From Candidatus Poribacteria bacterium (GTDB taxonomy: Bacteria; Poribacteria; WGA-4E; JAJDTR01), in assembly GCA_965222225.1 (NCBI GenBank), contig CBDCTK010000002.1, positions 3,904,001 to 3,968,000 on the forward strand: a stretch of DNA of 64,000 bases, given 5' to 3'. The position numbers and the translations under genes were made by a program. The notes under the pieces were generated by a model. That model saw only the letters and a program-made list of their open reading frames with translations. It made no database searches and had not been told where the DNA came from. Shown here in pieces: positions 53,343-62,835 of this stretch (the stretch's first letter is position 1; each line of letters starts with the position of its first letter).

Positions 53343-53758
53343 TTTGCACAAATATCTTATAAACTTGGATTTTTGATGATGGAGCTAGACGACGGGGTGG
53401 GTCATTGAAAACCTCGCCAGCGTCGAGCGCGTCCAAACAGCACCCGTGCTTGCGCTCAAAAGGAAATTTGCCGAGTAATGTCCGCAAGATAGTAGATCGA
53501 TATCGTCAAGGAACACAAGCACATCGTATGAAGATAGCCGAAGAGATGAAACGACGATATGGACAACCGCAAAAAAGTCGATGATTTGTATCTAACCAAC
53601 GCCTAGTGCCTCTACTACAGGAGGGTTATCATTTCCAAAGGAGCACTTATTGATGATTGGAGATAAAGAATCAATACACCGTTTCTTCAATAGACAATTC
53701 CCTCTGAGGAGCGGAACTAGGGGAGTTGCCTTTCTTTTTCTCCGCCTATGGATCTTTA

Positions 53759-53983
53759 GAGCCTGTTTGAAAATTCATTTCGGGTAGAACTTTTGCCCTG
53801 AAACCGAGTATTTTCTTGAAAACTCCGTTTCTTTCTTGCGCAATCCCGTAGGGTGCGCACTGCGCACCAGCCTTTGTAAGCCCCAGCGGGGCGATAGGTG
53901 TATAGCAGGCGACCACAAAAGCATGAAAAAGCCGCACCCAAAGTGACCGAAATTGCTTTGTCACCTATTATTCAAACGGGATT
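53759..53983. mobile_element. MITE family 1, uninterrupted reference copy (TTA duplication)
   Basis: TTA-GAGCCTGTTTGAA...TTCAAACGGGATT-TTA; contains GTAGGGTGCGCACTGCGCACC and GCCCCAGCGGGGC. Confidence 0.8.
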
Positions 53984-54085
53984 TTAGGATTTACAATCTT
54001 CAAATCACCCGCAGGTTGCATGCCGCTATTTTGATAAATCCAGTTTCGCCCATGTCTTTGTAAAGTAGTTAATCACTCCTACCCG

Positions 54086-55360
54086 TCAACCTAGCACCCG
54101 CATCGCTTCCTGATACACCTGTCGAAACGGGACGCCGTGCTTCTCGGCGATGCGTTTGCAATCCTCATACTCCGGCACAGTCTTGATTGGCTCCCCATCC
54201 ATATAGCCGCGTTTGGCGCGAACGGTTCCCCACTGTGTCCGCACCGCAATGAAGTCACGAGCCAGTTTGGATCGCTCGACAACGTGGCACCTGACCCCGA
54301 ACGTTGTGGTTTCCCTGAGAACAATTTGCATGAGGCTCTCACGAAGGTCGGATGTGGCAAGGAGGCTGAGTTTTGTCGCCGGACGCCCCTTCTTCATAAG
54401 GATTGACGTGAGGAAAACGTCAAGAGCCCCCATCTCAAACAACAACTCTGTCAGATAGCCCGAAATCTCCGGGGACATGTCATCAAGATTGGTTTCGATT
54501 AGGTAAACCTGATCGTTCTCAAGACCGCTCTCCTTTTTCTCGCCGAGACAAATTCGTAGGAGGTTTGGTTGCTCCCCAAGGTCGCGCGTGCCGGCGCCAT
54601 AACCGACTTGGTGGACGACCATCTCCGGCATAGAGCCAAACCCGCGTGCGAGTGTAGTGACAATCGCCGCCCCCGTGGGGGTCACCAACTCCTTCCGAAT
54701 TTGCGTTTGCCGCACCGCAACCCCTTTCAGCAGTTCCATCGTGCCCGGTACAGGCACAGGCATTAGACCGTGAGCGCAACGCACAAAGCCGCCCCCGAGC
54801 GCAAGCGGCGAGGCATAGAGTTCTTCAATTCCCAACAGATTCGAGCCTATGACGCATCCGACAATATCTACGATTGAATCGATGCCGCTCACCTCGTGCA
54901 GGTGTATTCGATCTTTGGGGGTATTGTGAACTTTCGCCTCCGCTTCCGCCAACCGATCAAAAATTCGTTTCGCCCGATCAATTATCGGCGTTTCGAGGTT
55001 ACTGCCCTCCAGAATAGCGAAAATGTCCGATAAATGCCGGCTGGGAGCGTACTCGTGATGGGAATGATGATGTGTTTCGTGGGCGTGGTCGTGCGAGTGG
55101 CTATGAGCATCTGTTCCCTCTGATGATCCGGCGGTCCGATTTACGTCCTCTTGCCTGCTTTCGGTCGTCCGTACAATTGCTCGCGTGCCACTAATATGGT
55201 GTTTGCTGGCTTTCACAAAATCCAAGGTGAATTCGGGGTCAAGTTTTAGCTTCGACAACTCCGCCTTCAGCACCCCCGGTTCGACGCCAACATCAACTAA
55301 CGCGCCGAGCGTCATGTCGCCGCTGATGCCCGAAAAGCAATCAAAATATGCGATTTTCAT
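54086..55360 (-). CDS. larC: Nickel-pincer cofactor Ni insertion protein
   Basis: YFDCFSGISGDM, His-rich segment, HLHEV, TPTGAA, ETNLDD, PEYED. Confidence 0.93.
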   Translation of the reverse strand: MKIAYFDCFSGISGDMTLGALVDVGVEPGVLKAELSKLKLDPEFTLDFVKASKHHISGTRAIVRTTESRQEDVNRTAGSSEGTDAHSHSHDHAHETHHHSHHEYAPSRHLSDIFAILEGSNLETPIIDRAKRIFDRLAEAEAKVHNTPKDRIHLHEVSGIDSIVDIVGCVIGSNLLGIEELYASPLALGGGFVRCAHGLMPVPVPGTMELLKGVAVRQTQIRKELVTPTGAAIVTTLARGFGSMPEMVVHQVGYGAGTRDLGEQPNLLRICLGEKKESGLENDQVYLIETNLDDMSPEISGYLTELLFEMGALDVFLTSILMKKGRPATKLSLLATSDLRESLMQIVLRETTTFGVRCHVVERSKLARDFIAVRTQWGTVRAKRGYMDGEPIKTVPEYEDCKRIAEKHGVPFRQVYQEAMRVLG

Positions 55361-55552
55361 ATTTTCTCCCTAGTGGCTAGAATACTCCCACTCTACCGGA
55401 TTCATCGTCATAAGTATAGCAAAACCGAGATTCATTGTCAATTGGTGAACCTGAAGTCATCGGGTCAATCGCACGTGATTCTAGCGGCGTAGCAATCTTC
55501 AACGACCAAATCTCGGATTTACCATCGTATCCTCATTCACTGCGTCTCTTCT

Positions 55553-55603
55553 GTAGGAGCGACCTCCCGGTCGCGACTTGTCGCAATCAGTGCTCGCTCC
55601 TAC
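55553..55603. repeat. Inverted GTAG REP pair (REPIN-like)
   Basis: GTAGGAGCGA...TCGCTCCTAC; same arrangement at 61543-61596. Confidence 0.75.
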
Positions 55604-55804
55604 ACTGGGTTTGTAACGGCGGCCTTCAATCGGAAAATACACCGTGCGTATACGGGTGCGGCTTGGATATGTCTATCCAAGCAGAGCGCGGTTGCTGAAT
55701 AGAACGCAATCCTCACCCGCCATTTATTGAAACCGGACGATGGGGGTTACGTTCTCTATTGTGCAATCCATGCGTTGTTTCAGATTTAACCGGAGGCAGG
55801 GAAC

Positions 55805-56296
55805 ATGATTAAACCTTTCCGACTGCTCGCTCTCTTGCAAGTCTTCTTGCTCGCTTCTGCTATATGGATATCAGGTTGTGGCGGTAGCAACATTGAAAAC
55901 CCCGTCAAAGAAACCGATCCGGACGAGGATTCCCTCACGTCAGGAGGCCCCGATAATCCGCATCCCCTGAATGTAAAGGTAAATGTCAGTCAGGCTGTCG
56001 TTCAACCGGGCGAAAGCGTGCAGTTAACCGCAACAGTTGACGGTGTGCAAGGCTACCGTATCCTGCTTGATTGGATCAACGTCACCGAACATGGAACGCT
56101 TTCTGTCACAAGTCCCAATAGCGCTACGTGGGTTGCTCCCACCATCTCGAGCACGGATGGCGTTCAGCTAGAGGTCATCCAATTCGTTGTTACGGTGTTT
56201 GACCGAGTCGTCTCGGTTAAAGAATCGGGAATCGATACCGACACAAAGGTTTCTACCGAGACGAAAACCATACTCCTAACCGTGGCAACGACGTAG
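55805..56296 (+). CDS. Hypothetical lipoprotein with an Ig-like domain
   Basis: Lipobox ISGC, GGAGG RBS. Confidence 0.7.
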   Translation: MIKPFRLLALLQVFLLASAIWISGCGGSNIENPVKETDPDEDSLTSGGPDNPHPLNVKVNVSQAVVQPGESVQLTATVDGVQGYRILLDWINVTEHGTLSVTSPNSATWVAPTISSTDGVQLEVIQFVVTVFDRVVSVKESGIDTDTKVSTETKTILLTVATT

Positions 56297-56492
56297 TTGG
56301 GGTTCGCCGGATTGAAACGCACTTGGCAAATCGGCTGACTCGCTAATGCGCCGAGGGTTTTCACATACTGGCGGGATAGCGTTCTGTTGCCGTCCCCTCT
56401 CGAAAACTTCCAAATCACCCAACGATACCTCTGTATTTGCACGCAATGGTCTGCCCACCGTCCCTCCACCCAATCCGAATCCGGACAAAACA

Positions 56493-57956
56493 GTGAAGAC
56501 GTCAACCCGTCGTCATCCATCCACCTTCAATAGTCGCAGCCTGCGGTTACGCTCACTCTATGTATGCCTCGGTGTGTGGTTGTGCTGTTCTTCCTTCTCG
56601 ACACAAGCCGATTCGCGCCCCGAGATTGGAGTAAGAGCCCTCGGCTTGAGTGGCGCGTTTATCAGTAATGCCAACGGGTCAACCGGTGCGCTATGGAATC
56701 CGGCGGGGCTCGCCAGTCTACAACACGGAAGTCTGGTCTACGACCTCTCCCAAGGCGCACTCTCGTTTGCGTTACCCCTCAGCCGATACGGCACATTGGG
56801 GCTTAGTCTGGTCGATCTCAATGGTGCGGACCGTTTCTTCATAGAAAAACCCAACAACCCGATTGGTACATTTGAGTTTGGAAACAACCAAGCCATACTT
56901 TCTTACGCTGCAAGGATCCGAAGATGGCAAATCGGCGCCAATTTTGGTTATAATCGGGCACCCTACCACGGCAGTCTGTGGATTCCGAGTTATGACTTGG
57001 GGATTGTCGGACGACTACATCCACATTGGAGGGTCGGGGCGAGCATTCGCGACATAGCTGGCGTCGTCATTACGGATGGCGACGGCATATCTCTTCAAAG
57101 TTTCGACCAACAGTTTGCCATAGGCGGCACGTGGACGCCCATTCGACAGTTGCGACTCAATAGTGCATTCAACGTCACGAACAAGGCAATGGCGATGGGC
57201 GCCGAGGTTGGGACACACGACATCGCGTTCCGGTTTGGATCAGTCTTCGATTTCGTCGCGCCGGAGCCAACGCCTCACTGGAGCCTAGGGCTTACCCTGA
57301 GTCGATGGAGCAAGCAGCTCAATTACGCCTACGTGACTCGCCCGGATCCCAATTCCAAACACCTCGTTTCGATTGGATGGACATTCGGAGGAAAACCTCA
57401 ACAGCAGCGCAAACAACAGCCGGAGCGCCGTATTTGGCCTCAGCCAGACTCGTCTGACCGGAAAAAGGGGAAGAGTAACGCCTCGATTCGACAGCTTGCG
57501 GCTCGCCATAATGTCGAGTTTGAGTTGATGCTCGCCGTGATTCGAGTGGAGTCGAACTTCAACCCCAACGCGGTTTCCAGTTCGGGGGCGGTTGGGTTAA
57601 TGCAGTTGATGCCGGGAACTGCGCGGGATCTCGGTCTTAACGTGCCCAAATATAGTAATGTCCTAAAGCCAACCCACGACGAGCGGGTAGACGAGCGTTT
57701 CGATCCACGCAAGAATATGGAGGCGGGGGTTGCGTACTTGGCAACCCAGCTAAAAAGATACGACGGCAGCTACGTTCGTACTTTGGCTGCGTATTTTGTC
57801 GGTCCCGCCAAAGTACGGGAGAGCGGCTCAATACCGCAAAGAGCCGATCGATATGCCGGCAAAGTGTTGAAACGCTATTACGAGTATAAGTCGGGCTCCG
57901 CGCTGAAGCATGCGGCACTTGCACAGTTGGAAAATCTACTTGCAAACCGCCGCTAG
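56493..57956 (+). CDS. PorV/FadL-like beta-barrel fused to a lytic transglycosylase (SLT) domain
   Basis: RALGLSGAF...WNPAGLA; VIRVESNFNPNAVSSSGAVGLMQLMP...LAAY. Start uncertain (ORF open from 56346). Confidence 0.75.
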   Translation: MKTSTRRHPSTFNSRSLRLRSLYVCLGVWLCCSSFSTQADSRPEIGVRALGLSGAFISNANGSTGALWNPAGLASLQHGSLVYDLSQGALSFALPLSRYGTLGLSLVDLNGADRFFIEKPNNPIGTFEFGNNQAILSYAARIRRWQIGANFGYNRAPYHGSLWIPSYDLGIVGRLHPHWRVGASIRDIAGVVITDGDGISLQSFDQQFAIGGTWTPIRQLRLNSAFNVTNKAMAMGAEVGTHDIAFRFGSVFDFVAPEPTPHWSLGLTLSRWSKQLNYAYVTRPDPNSKHLVSIGWTFGGKPQQQRKQQPERRIWPQPDSSDRKKGKSNASIRQLAARHNVEFELMLAVIRVESNFNPNAVSSSGAVGLMQLMPGTARDLGLNVPKYSNVLKPTHDERVDERFDPRKNMEAGVAYLATQLKRYDGSYVRTLAAYFVGPAKVRESGSIPQRADRYAGKVLKRYYEYKSGSALKHAALAQLENLLANRR

Positions 57957-57968
57957 TTGTGGTAGATT

Positions 57969-58082
57969 TCAAGCGATCCAGGGAATGGATAATGACCGCG
58001 ATAGAACTCCCATAGAAATCCCGTGCGATAGAGATCCTAGGGCGATAGTAAATCCCTACAGAGATCCCCTCAACCGAGCGGC
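57969..58082 (+). mobile_element. Micro-element array
   Basis: Full copy ATCCAGGGAATGGATAATGACCGCGATAGAACTCCC at 57976, four more right ends, partial left ends. Confidence 0.82.
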
Positions 58083-58169
58083 ACGTTTCAGGATATCCCA
58101 ATCCATAGACCCTACTTTCACCCCCGATTCAAAATAGATGAATCGGTCAACTCAAAATTAGGCACGTTA

Positions 58170-58780
58170 ATGCACAATCGAATAGCGGCTGCAACTTCGG
58201 TTCTCTTCAACCCACTTCTCACGCCAATTGCGACAACTCTAATGATTGCTCTAGTGATTGCCGAAAACTACGCTGCAACCACACGCGTGATGCTGTTGTG
58301 GATGGGGATTGCTTTCACTTTTTTTCCTTATTGCCGGTCTTTTTTATCTTTATCCTCTTTCGCCTAGGGAGGGTGAGTAACCTCAACCTTGAGGTCAAAG
58401 AGCAACGCACGTTACCGTTACTCTTTGTCATAGGAGCGGCATGCATCGGGCTAGGCATTTTTTACGTAATCGGCGCCCCGCGCGAGATAATTTGGGCGGG
58501 GATCGCCTATATCGCAAACGGAGTCATCTTCGGCGCCATTACACAAGTCTGGAAAATCAGCTTCCACACCGGGGTCTTTACCGGTTGTGTCACTGTGCTT
58601 GTGCTGATTCTTCATGATGCGAGGTTTGCGTGGCTGTTTCTCTTGGTGCCACTCATTGCATGGGCGCGAGTTCGACGGAAGAGACATACGCTCGTTCAAA
58701 CGGTTGTTGGCGCACTCATTGCGCTTATCAACACCGTCGTTGTTCTTCGATTGTGTGTTGAAATCGGTTTGGGATCTTAA
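58170..58780 (+). pseudogene. PAP2-like multi-TM membrane protein, frameshift in a T7 run (58319-58325)
   Basis: Two overlapping hydrophobic ORFs; WKISFH, WARV...HTLVQ motifs. Confidence 0.7.
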
Positions 58781-58855
58781 GGGCGGGAATGACAGGGCTA
58801 GTGTCGCGGCAATTGGGCAGGAACTGATCGCCAGAACATCGAAACTCGGTTTCCC

Positions 58856-59707
58856 TCATCTCAGCGGTGGAAGATTATCCCACTCGCAGTCGAGGCAGAA
58901 GTATCTTCCCACGCCTATTTTTTGAATCGGTCCCCCACATTTCGGACATTCCGTCTGTTTCTCCTTCTCCTTCTCCTTTTTCACTTCGTCTGGTGAGAAC
59001 ATTAGAAGTTGCTCGCCTTCCATGGCGCGTTCGGATTCTGCGGCAACACTGCTCTCAAGTGTGTCAATGATATCTTGAGCGTGAAGATTGAGCGGAGGCG
59101 GCGTGTTCGTGACCAAATCGATGAAATCGCTGCGATACACATTAATCGCACGCGACTCAACTGCCTGCCGCATAAAGAGCGTATATTTGTTCGGGGCAAT
59201 CAAGTAGGCTTCCGTATCTTGAAGTTGTGTCTTGCGGCTCACGACAAGTTCATAGTCACCGTATGTCAGGCAGTTTCCAGCGCTCGCGTTATAGATTTCA
59301 AACACTTCACGAGAACGATTCGGGGACATGAGAAGGCAGTATAGACGTTGAGGATATCGATTGAGGCGGTTCATCGGCAGAAAAATGTCGGGCTGAGCGA
59401 TGCGCTGTAAGAACCCGATAAACGCTTCATAGGCAAACTCCATTGCTTCATTCAATACTTCAGTGTCCAAACTCGCGCTCGACCTGTCCGCAAACAGAGG
59501 AAGAAACTCTCGCGAGTGCGCGTGGATGTCAACGTCGACATCAACGTTCTGTTGCTCGCTGCGCGCCGTAATTCGGCACAGGCGCTCGACCGGGTGATGA
59601 GTAACTTTTATGGTGAATGGCAGCATGGAGTTACTGATAAGACTAATAGAAGAATGGCTGGAAAATTTCGGTGATGCTTTCCTTAAGCTAATGCGATAGT
59701 GTATCAT
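58856..59707 (-). CDS. Hypothetical protein with a C-terminal zinc ribbon
   Basis: CPKC...CLDC; start may be 59626. Confidence 0.7.
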   Translation of the reverse strand: MIHYRISLRKASPKFSSHSSISLISNSMLPFTIKVTHHPVERLCRITARSEQQNVDVDVDIHAHSREFLPLFADRSSASLDTEVLNEAMEFAYEAFIGFLQRIAQPDIFLPMNRLNRYPQRLYCLLMSPNRSREVFEIYNASAGNCLTYGDYELVVSRKTQLQDTEAYLIAPNKYTLFMRQAVESRAINVYRSDFIDLVTNTPPPLNLHAQDIIDTLESSVAAESERAMEGEQLLMFSPDEVKKEKEKEKQTECPKCGGPIQKIGVGRYFCLDCEWDNLPPLR

Positions 59708-59884
59708 AGCGTGTCCAGCGTGTCCAGAAAAACCCTATCTCGCATCAGGATAACTGTGCGGCGTGGTCGGGACAGATTGTCCTTGACACTGTTGTCCGGT
59801 CAAACTATAATGCCTACCCAATAATGAAACTCACGGTTATTGACCCGCTTTGATGGAGTCGATAACCGACGGAGGGATTGAAAC

Positions 59885-61099
59885 ATGCCGAAAACGGCTT
59901 GCTTGGTAGGGACATTGGATACGAAGGGTCCGGAATTTGAGTTTCTTAAGGAGCGCGTAGAGGCGAATAACGTCGCAACATTCGTCATCAACACAGGGGT
60001 TCTGGGAGATCCGTATTTTGAACCGAGTGTGTCCGCCGAGCAAGTGGCAGAGGCGGGTGGGACATCGCTGACCACACTCAGGAACGAGAGTGATCGGGGC
60101 AATAGCGTCGCCGCAATGGCGAACGGAGCCGCTCAAATTGTCGAGCGACTCAACGACGATGGAGTAATTGATGGTATCATTTCGCTCGGCGGATCCGCCG
60201 GAACAACCATCGGGACGACCGCAATGCGCGCGCTGTCCGTCGGCGTTCCGAAGTTGATGGTCTCTACGTTAGCCTCCGGCGACACTAGTCCCTATGTGGA
60301 CACGAAAGACATCGCGATGATGTATTCCGTCGTGGACATCGCGGGCGTCAATCGTCTCTCGCGCCAAATTCTGACGAACGCCGCGGGGGCGATTGCCGGT
60401 ATGATCAACGCAGTGGTGCCCGTAGCCGATGATAAACCCTTAATCGCCGCGACAATGTTTGGGGTGACAACGGCATGTGTGACCAAGGCACGCGAGATTC
60501 TTGAGGCGGCTGGGTATGAAGTTCTTGTTTTCCATGCAACGGGCACCGGCGGACGGGCAATGGAAGATTTGGTCCGGGGCGGATTTATCGTGGGCGTGCT
60601 TGATGTCACAACGACCGAGCTTGCCGATGAGTTGGTTGGCGGGGTGTTGAGCGCGGGACAGGACCGCCTTGAAGCCGCGGGGAATCAGGGAATTCCGCAG
60701 GTTATCGCCCCGGGAGCGTTAGATATGGTGAATTTCGGTCCCCCCGATACCGTGCCCGAGAAGTTTAAGGACAGGAAGTTTTACCAACACAACCCGACAA
60801 TCACCCTCATGCGCACCACCGTGGATGAGAACGCCGAGCTAGGGAAAATCATGGCGCAAAAACTTGGTCGGGCAAAGGGACCGACAACCGTGATAATACC
60901 CAAGCGGGGAGTCTCCGCAATCGACGCTCAAGGACAGCCCTTCGATTCGCCGGAAGCCAGGGCGGCGTGGACTCAGAACTTGAAGGCGAACGTGGCGGAC
61001 AATGTCACGGTGATTGAAATGGACAACAACATAAACGATGACGCCTTCGCCACACGACTTGCCGAAACATTGTTGCAAAACTTAAAGCACCAGAGTTGA
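59885..61099 (+). CDS. Tm-1-like ATP-binding protein (UPF0261)
   Basis: GTLDTKG, LGGSAGT, TMFGVTT, FHATGTGG, PGALDMVNFG. Confidence 0.92.
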   Translation: MPKTACLVGTLDTKGPEFEFLKERVEANNVATFVINTGVLGDPYFEPSVSAEQVAEAGGTSLTTLRNESDRGNSVAAMANGAAQIVERLNDDGVIDGIISLGGSAGTTIGTTAMRALSVGVPKLMVSTLASGDTSPYVDTKDIAMMYSVVDIAGVNRLSRQILTNAAGAIAGMINAVVPVADDKPLIAATMFGVTTACVTKAREILEAAGYEVLVFHATGTGGRAMEDLVRGGFIVGVLDVTTTELADELVGGVLSAGQDRLEAAGNQGIPQVIAPGALDMVNFGPPDTVPEKFKDRKFYQHNPTITLMRTTVDENAELGKIMAQKLGRAKGPTTVIIPKRGVSAIDAQGQPFDSPEARAAWTQNLKANVADNVTVIEMDNNINDDAFATRLAETLLQNLKHQS

Positions 61100-61104
61100 G
61101 TTCT

Positions 61105-61474
61105 TAGCTCGACTTTGTACATTTGTAGGGTGGGCACCGTCCACCATTTCTTGTAGGGTGCGCACTGCGCACCAGCCTTTGTGAGCCCAAGCGGGGCGGA
61201 AGGTGTGTAGAAACGGCGATTCACTACTCATCATAAGCCCCAGAGGGGCGACAGGTAGCAACAACTCAAATACCCAAGAATCGCTTTGTTACCTCTTTTT
61301 CAAACAGGGTCTTAAGAAACCTTCGTGGTGTACTATCTAACCCGAGTTGCCACCTTTGTAGCACAATCTGTTAGATTGTGCTTGTGATGCGCAAACTGAC
61401 AGTTTGCGCCACGAAATCTCCGCAATTAATGAACTGTTCTCAATTAAAAACGGTGATGCATGTCTAAAATCTTG
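61105..61474. repeat. Adjacent uninterrupted MITE/REP composites (family 1-like at 61105-61311; family 2 at 61340-61474)
   Basis: Match 12270-12516 and 15357-15490. Confidence 0.7.
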
Positions 61475-61613
61475 GGCCCTTCAGAGTTAAATGTGGAAAT
61501 GAAATTAACTTAGGGCTTACGCAGTGACGCATCCAAAGGATTGTAGGAGCGATCTCCGAATCGCGACCTCCTATCGCGAGCAAAACTCGCTCCTACACAA
61601 GACGCGCAATAAA

Positions 61614-61724
61614 GGGAATTCTATCGATCAACCGACTGGATAAGGAGGGATCAAGCGTATGAATAATGAGTGCGATAGAACTCCGATAGTAAATCCCGTA
61701 CGATAGAGTTCCGGTAAAAATCCT
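61614..61724 (+). mobile_element. Micro-element nest inserted into an inverted right end
   Basis: GGGAATTCTATCG, then left ends at 61627 and 61650, then four right ends. Confidence 0.82.
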
Positions 61725-61943
61725 TCTCCCGATCGCGACTTCCTGTGGAATCGCCAATCGTTAAATCGCCGATTTCCCTCCCGCACGCGCAAATTTGCCT
61801 TGAAACAGAATCAAGAGTTTTGATACACTTTCCCCCAACAACCAGTGTTCAAGCACCCGGATTGAAGGAGTACCAAGGGTTTTAACGCAATTCTGTTTAG
61901 TGGGAAAGACGCTCCTATGCGTTGGATTGGAGGTATACTTAGG

Positions 61944-62483
61944 ATGAAACGTCAGTTCTGCATACCGTTGCTAGTCCTGTCCTGCTTCATTGCAGGCTGC
62001 AAAGCCGGCTTCATGAGTGCCCTTGTGGCACCGCAAGAGTGGAGCGAAAATTACGCGCTTCTTGAGGGAGCAACCTGCTCCGTTCCCGCAATGGCTGACG
62101 GCAATTTGGAAACCGTTGGCACAGCCAATCAACATTGGATCGTTGTTACCTTGCCAACCCGCAAACCGATTCACCGGATAGTCATTCGGGAAACAAATAT
62201 TGAAGATTTGATTATTTATGAGAATATCGGCGGAGAAGGGGAGTGGAAAAGAATCGACAAGATTAATAATAACCGTAAATCAACGATTGACATGCGAGTC
62301 AGCGTGGTGACAGACGGCATCCGATTCAAGATTGGAGAAACCTCCGACGACAAACGACTTGCAGGGGATTTCTCCTACCAAGAAAGCAGGGTAAAAAACC
62401 GACAAGTCAAGCGCGGCTACCCTACCGCACAAGAGATCGAACTCTACGGGTTTGTGCAAAAAAAGACCTCTAGCGACGAGTAA
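61944..62483 (+). CDS. Hypothetical lipoprotein (discoidin/galactose-binding-like)
   Basis: Lipobox IAGC, DGNLET motif; start after GGAGG. Confidence 0.65.
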   Translation: MKRQFCIPLLVLSCFIAGCKAGFMSALVAPQEWSENYALLEGATCSVPAMADGNLETVGTANQHWIVVTLPTRKPIHRIVIRETNIEDLIIYENIGGEGEWKRIDKINNNRKSTIDMRVSVVTDGIRFKIGETSDDKRLAGDFSYQESRVKNRQVKRGYPTAQEIELYGFVQKKTSSDE

Positions 62484-62656
62484 ATCCTCAAGTCAAATCA
62501 TCGTAACTGTTTAGTTCAGTTAATAGAAGCGATAAAAGGGTGTCCCATCAGGGCAATGGCACCTGATTCTAGAGGATCCGCGATCATCAAATCGCAGATG
62601 GAATTCCCCGACGATCGCCAAATCACCGATTTCCCTTTTCTCTTTGCACGAGAATC

Positions 62657-62788
62657 AAAAGCCCCAGCGGGGCGACAGGTGTATAGAAACGTGGATTCAC
62701 CACACACCAAAGCCCCAGAGGGGCGGCAGATGGATAGAAACTTAAATGGCCGAAAAATGGCTTTTCTTCCTAAATTCAAACAGGCTCT
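62657..62788 (+). repeat. GCCCC..GGGGC palindrome pair plus a MITE family 1 right end
   Basis: AAAGCCCCAGCGGGGCGACAGG...TTCAAACAGGCTC. Confidence 0.7.
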
Positions 62789-62835
62789 AAACAGTTACAA
62801 TTCATCGAATGCGTCAAGGTCTCGGGGAGTGAGGG

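Noticed and set aside
53470-53585. Possible remnant of the element's mobilising enzyme
   Set aside because: Only a short open stretch (SNVRKIVDRYRQGTQAHRMKIAEEMKRRYGQPQKSR*) with no HUH, RT or recombinase motif.
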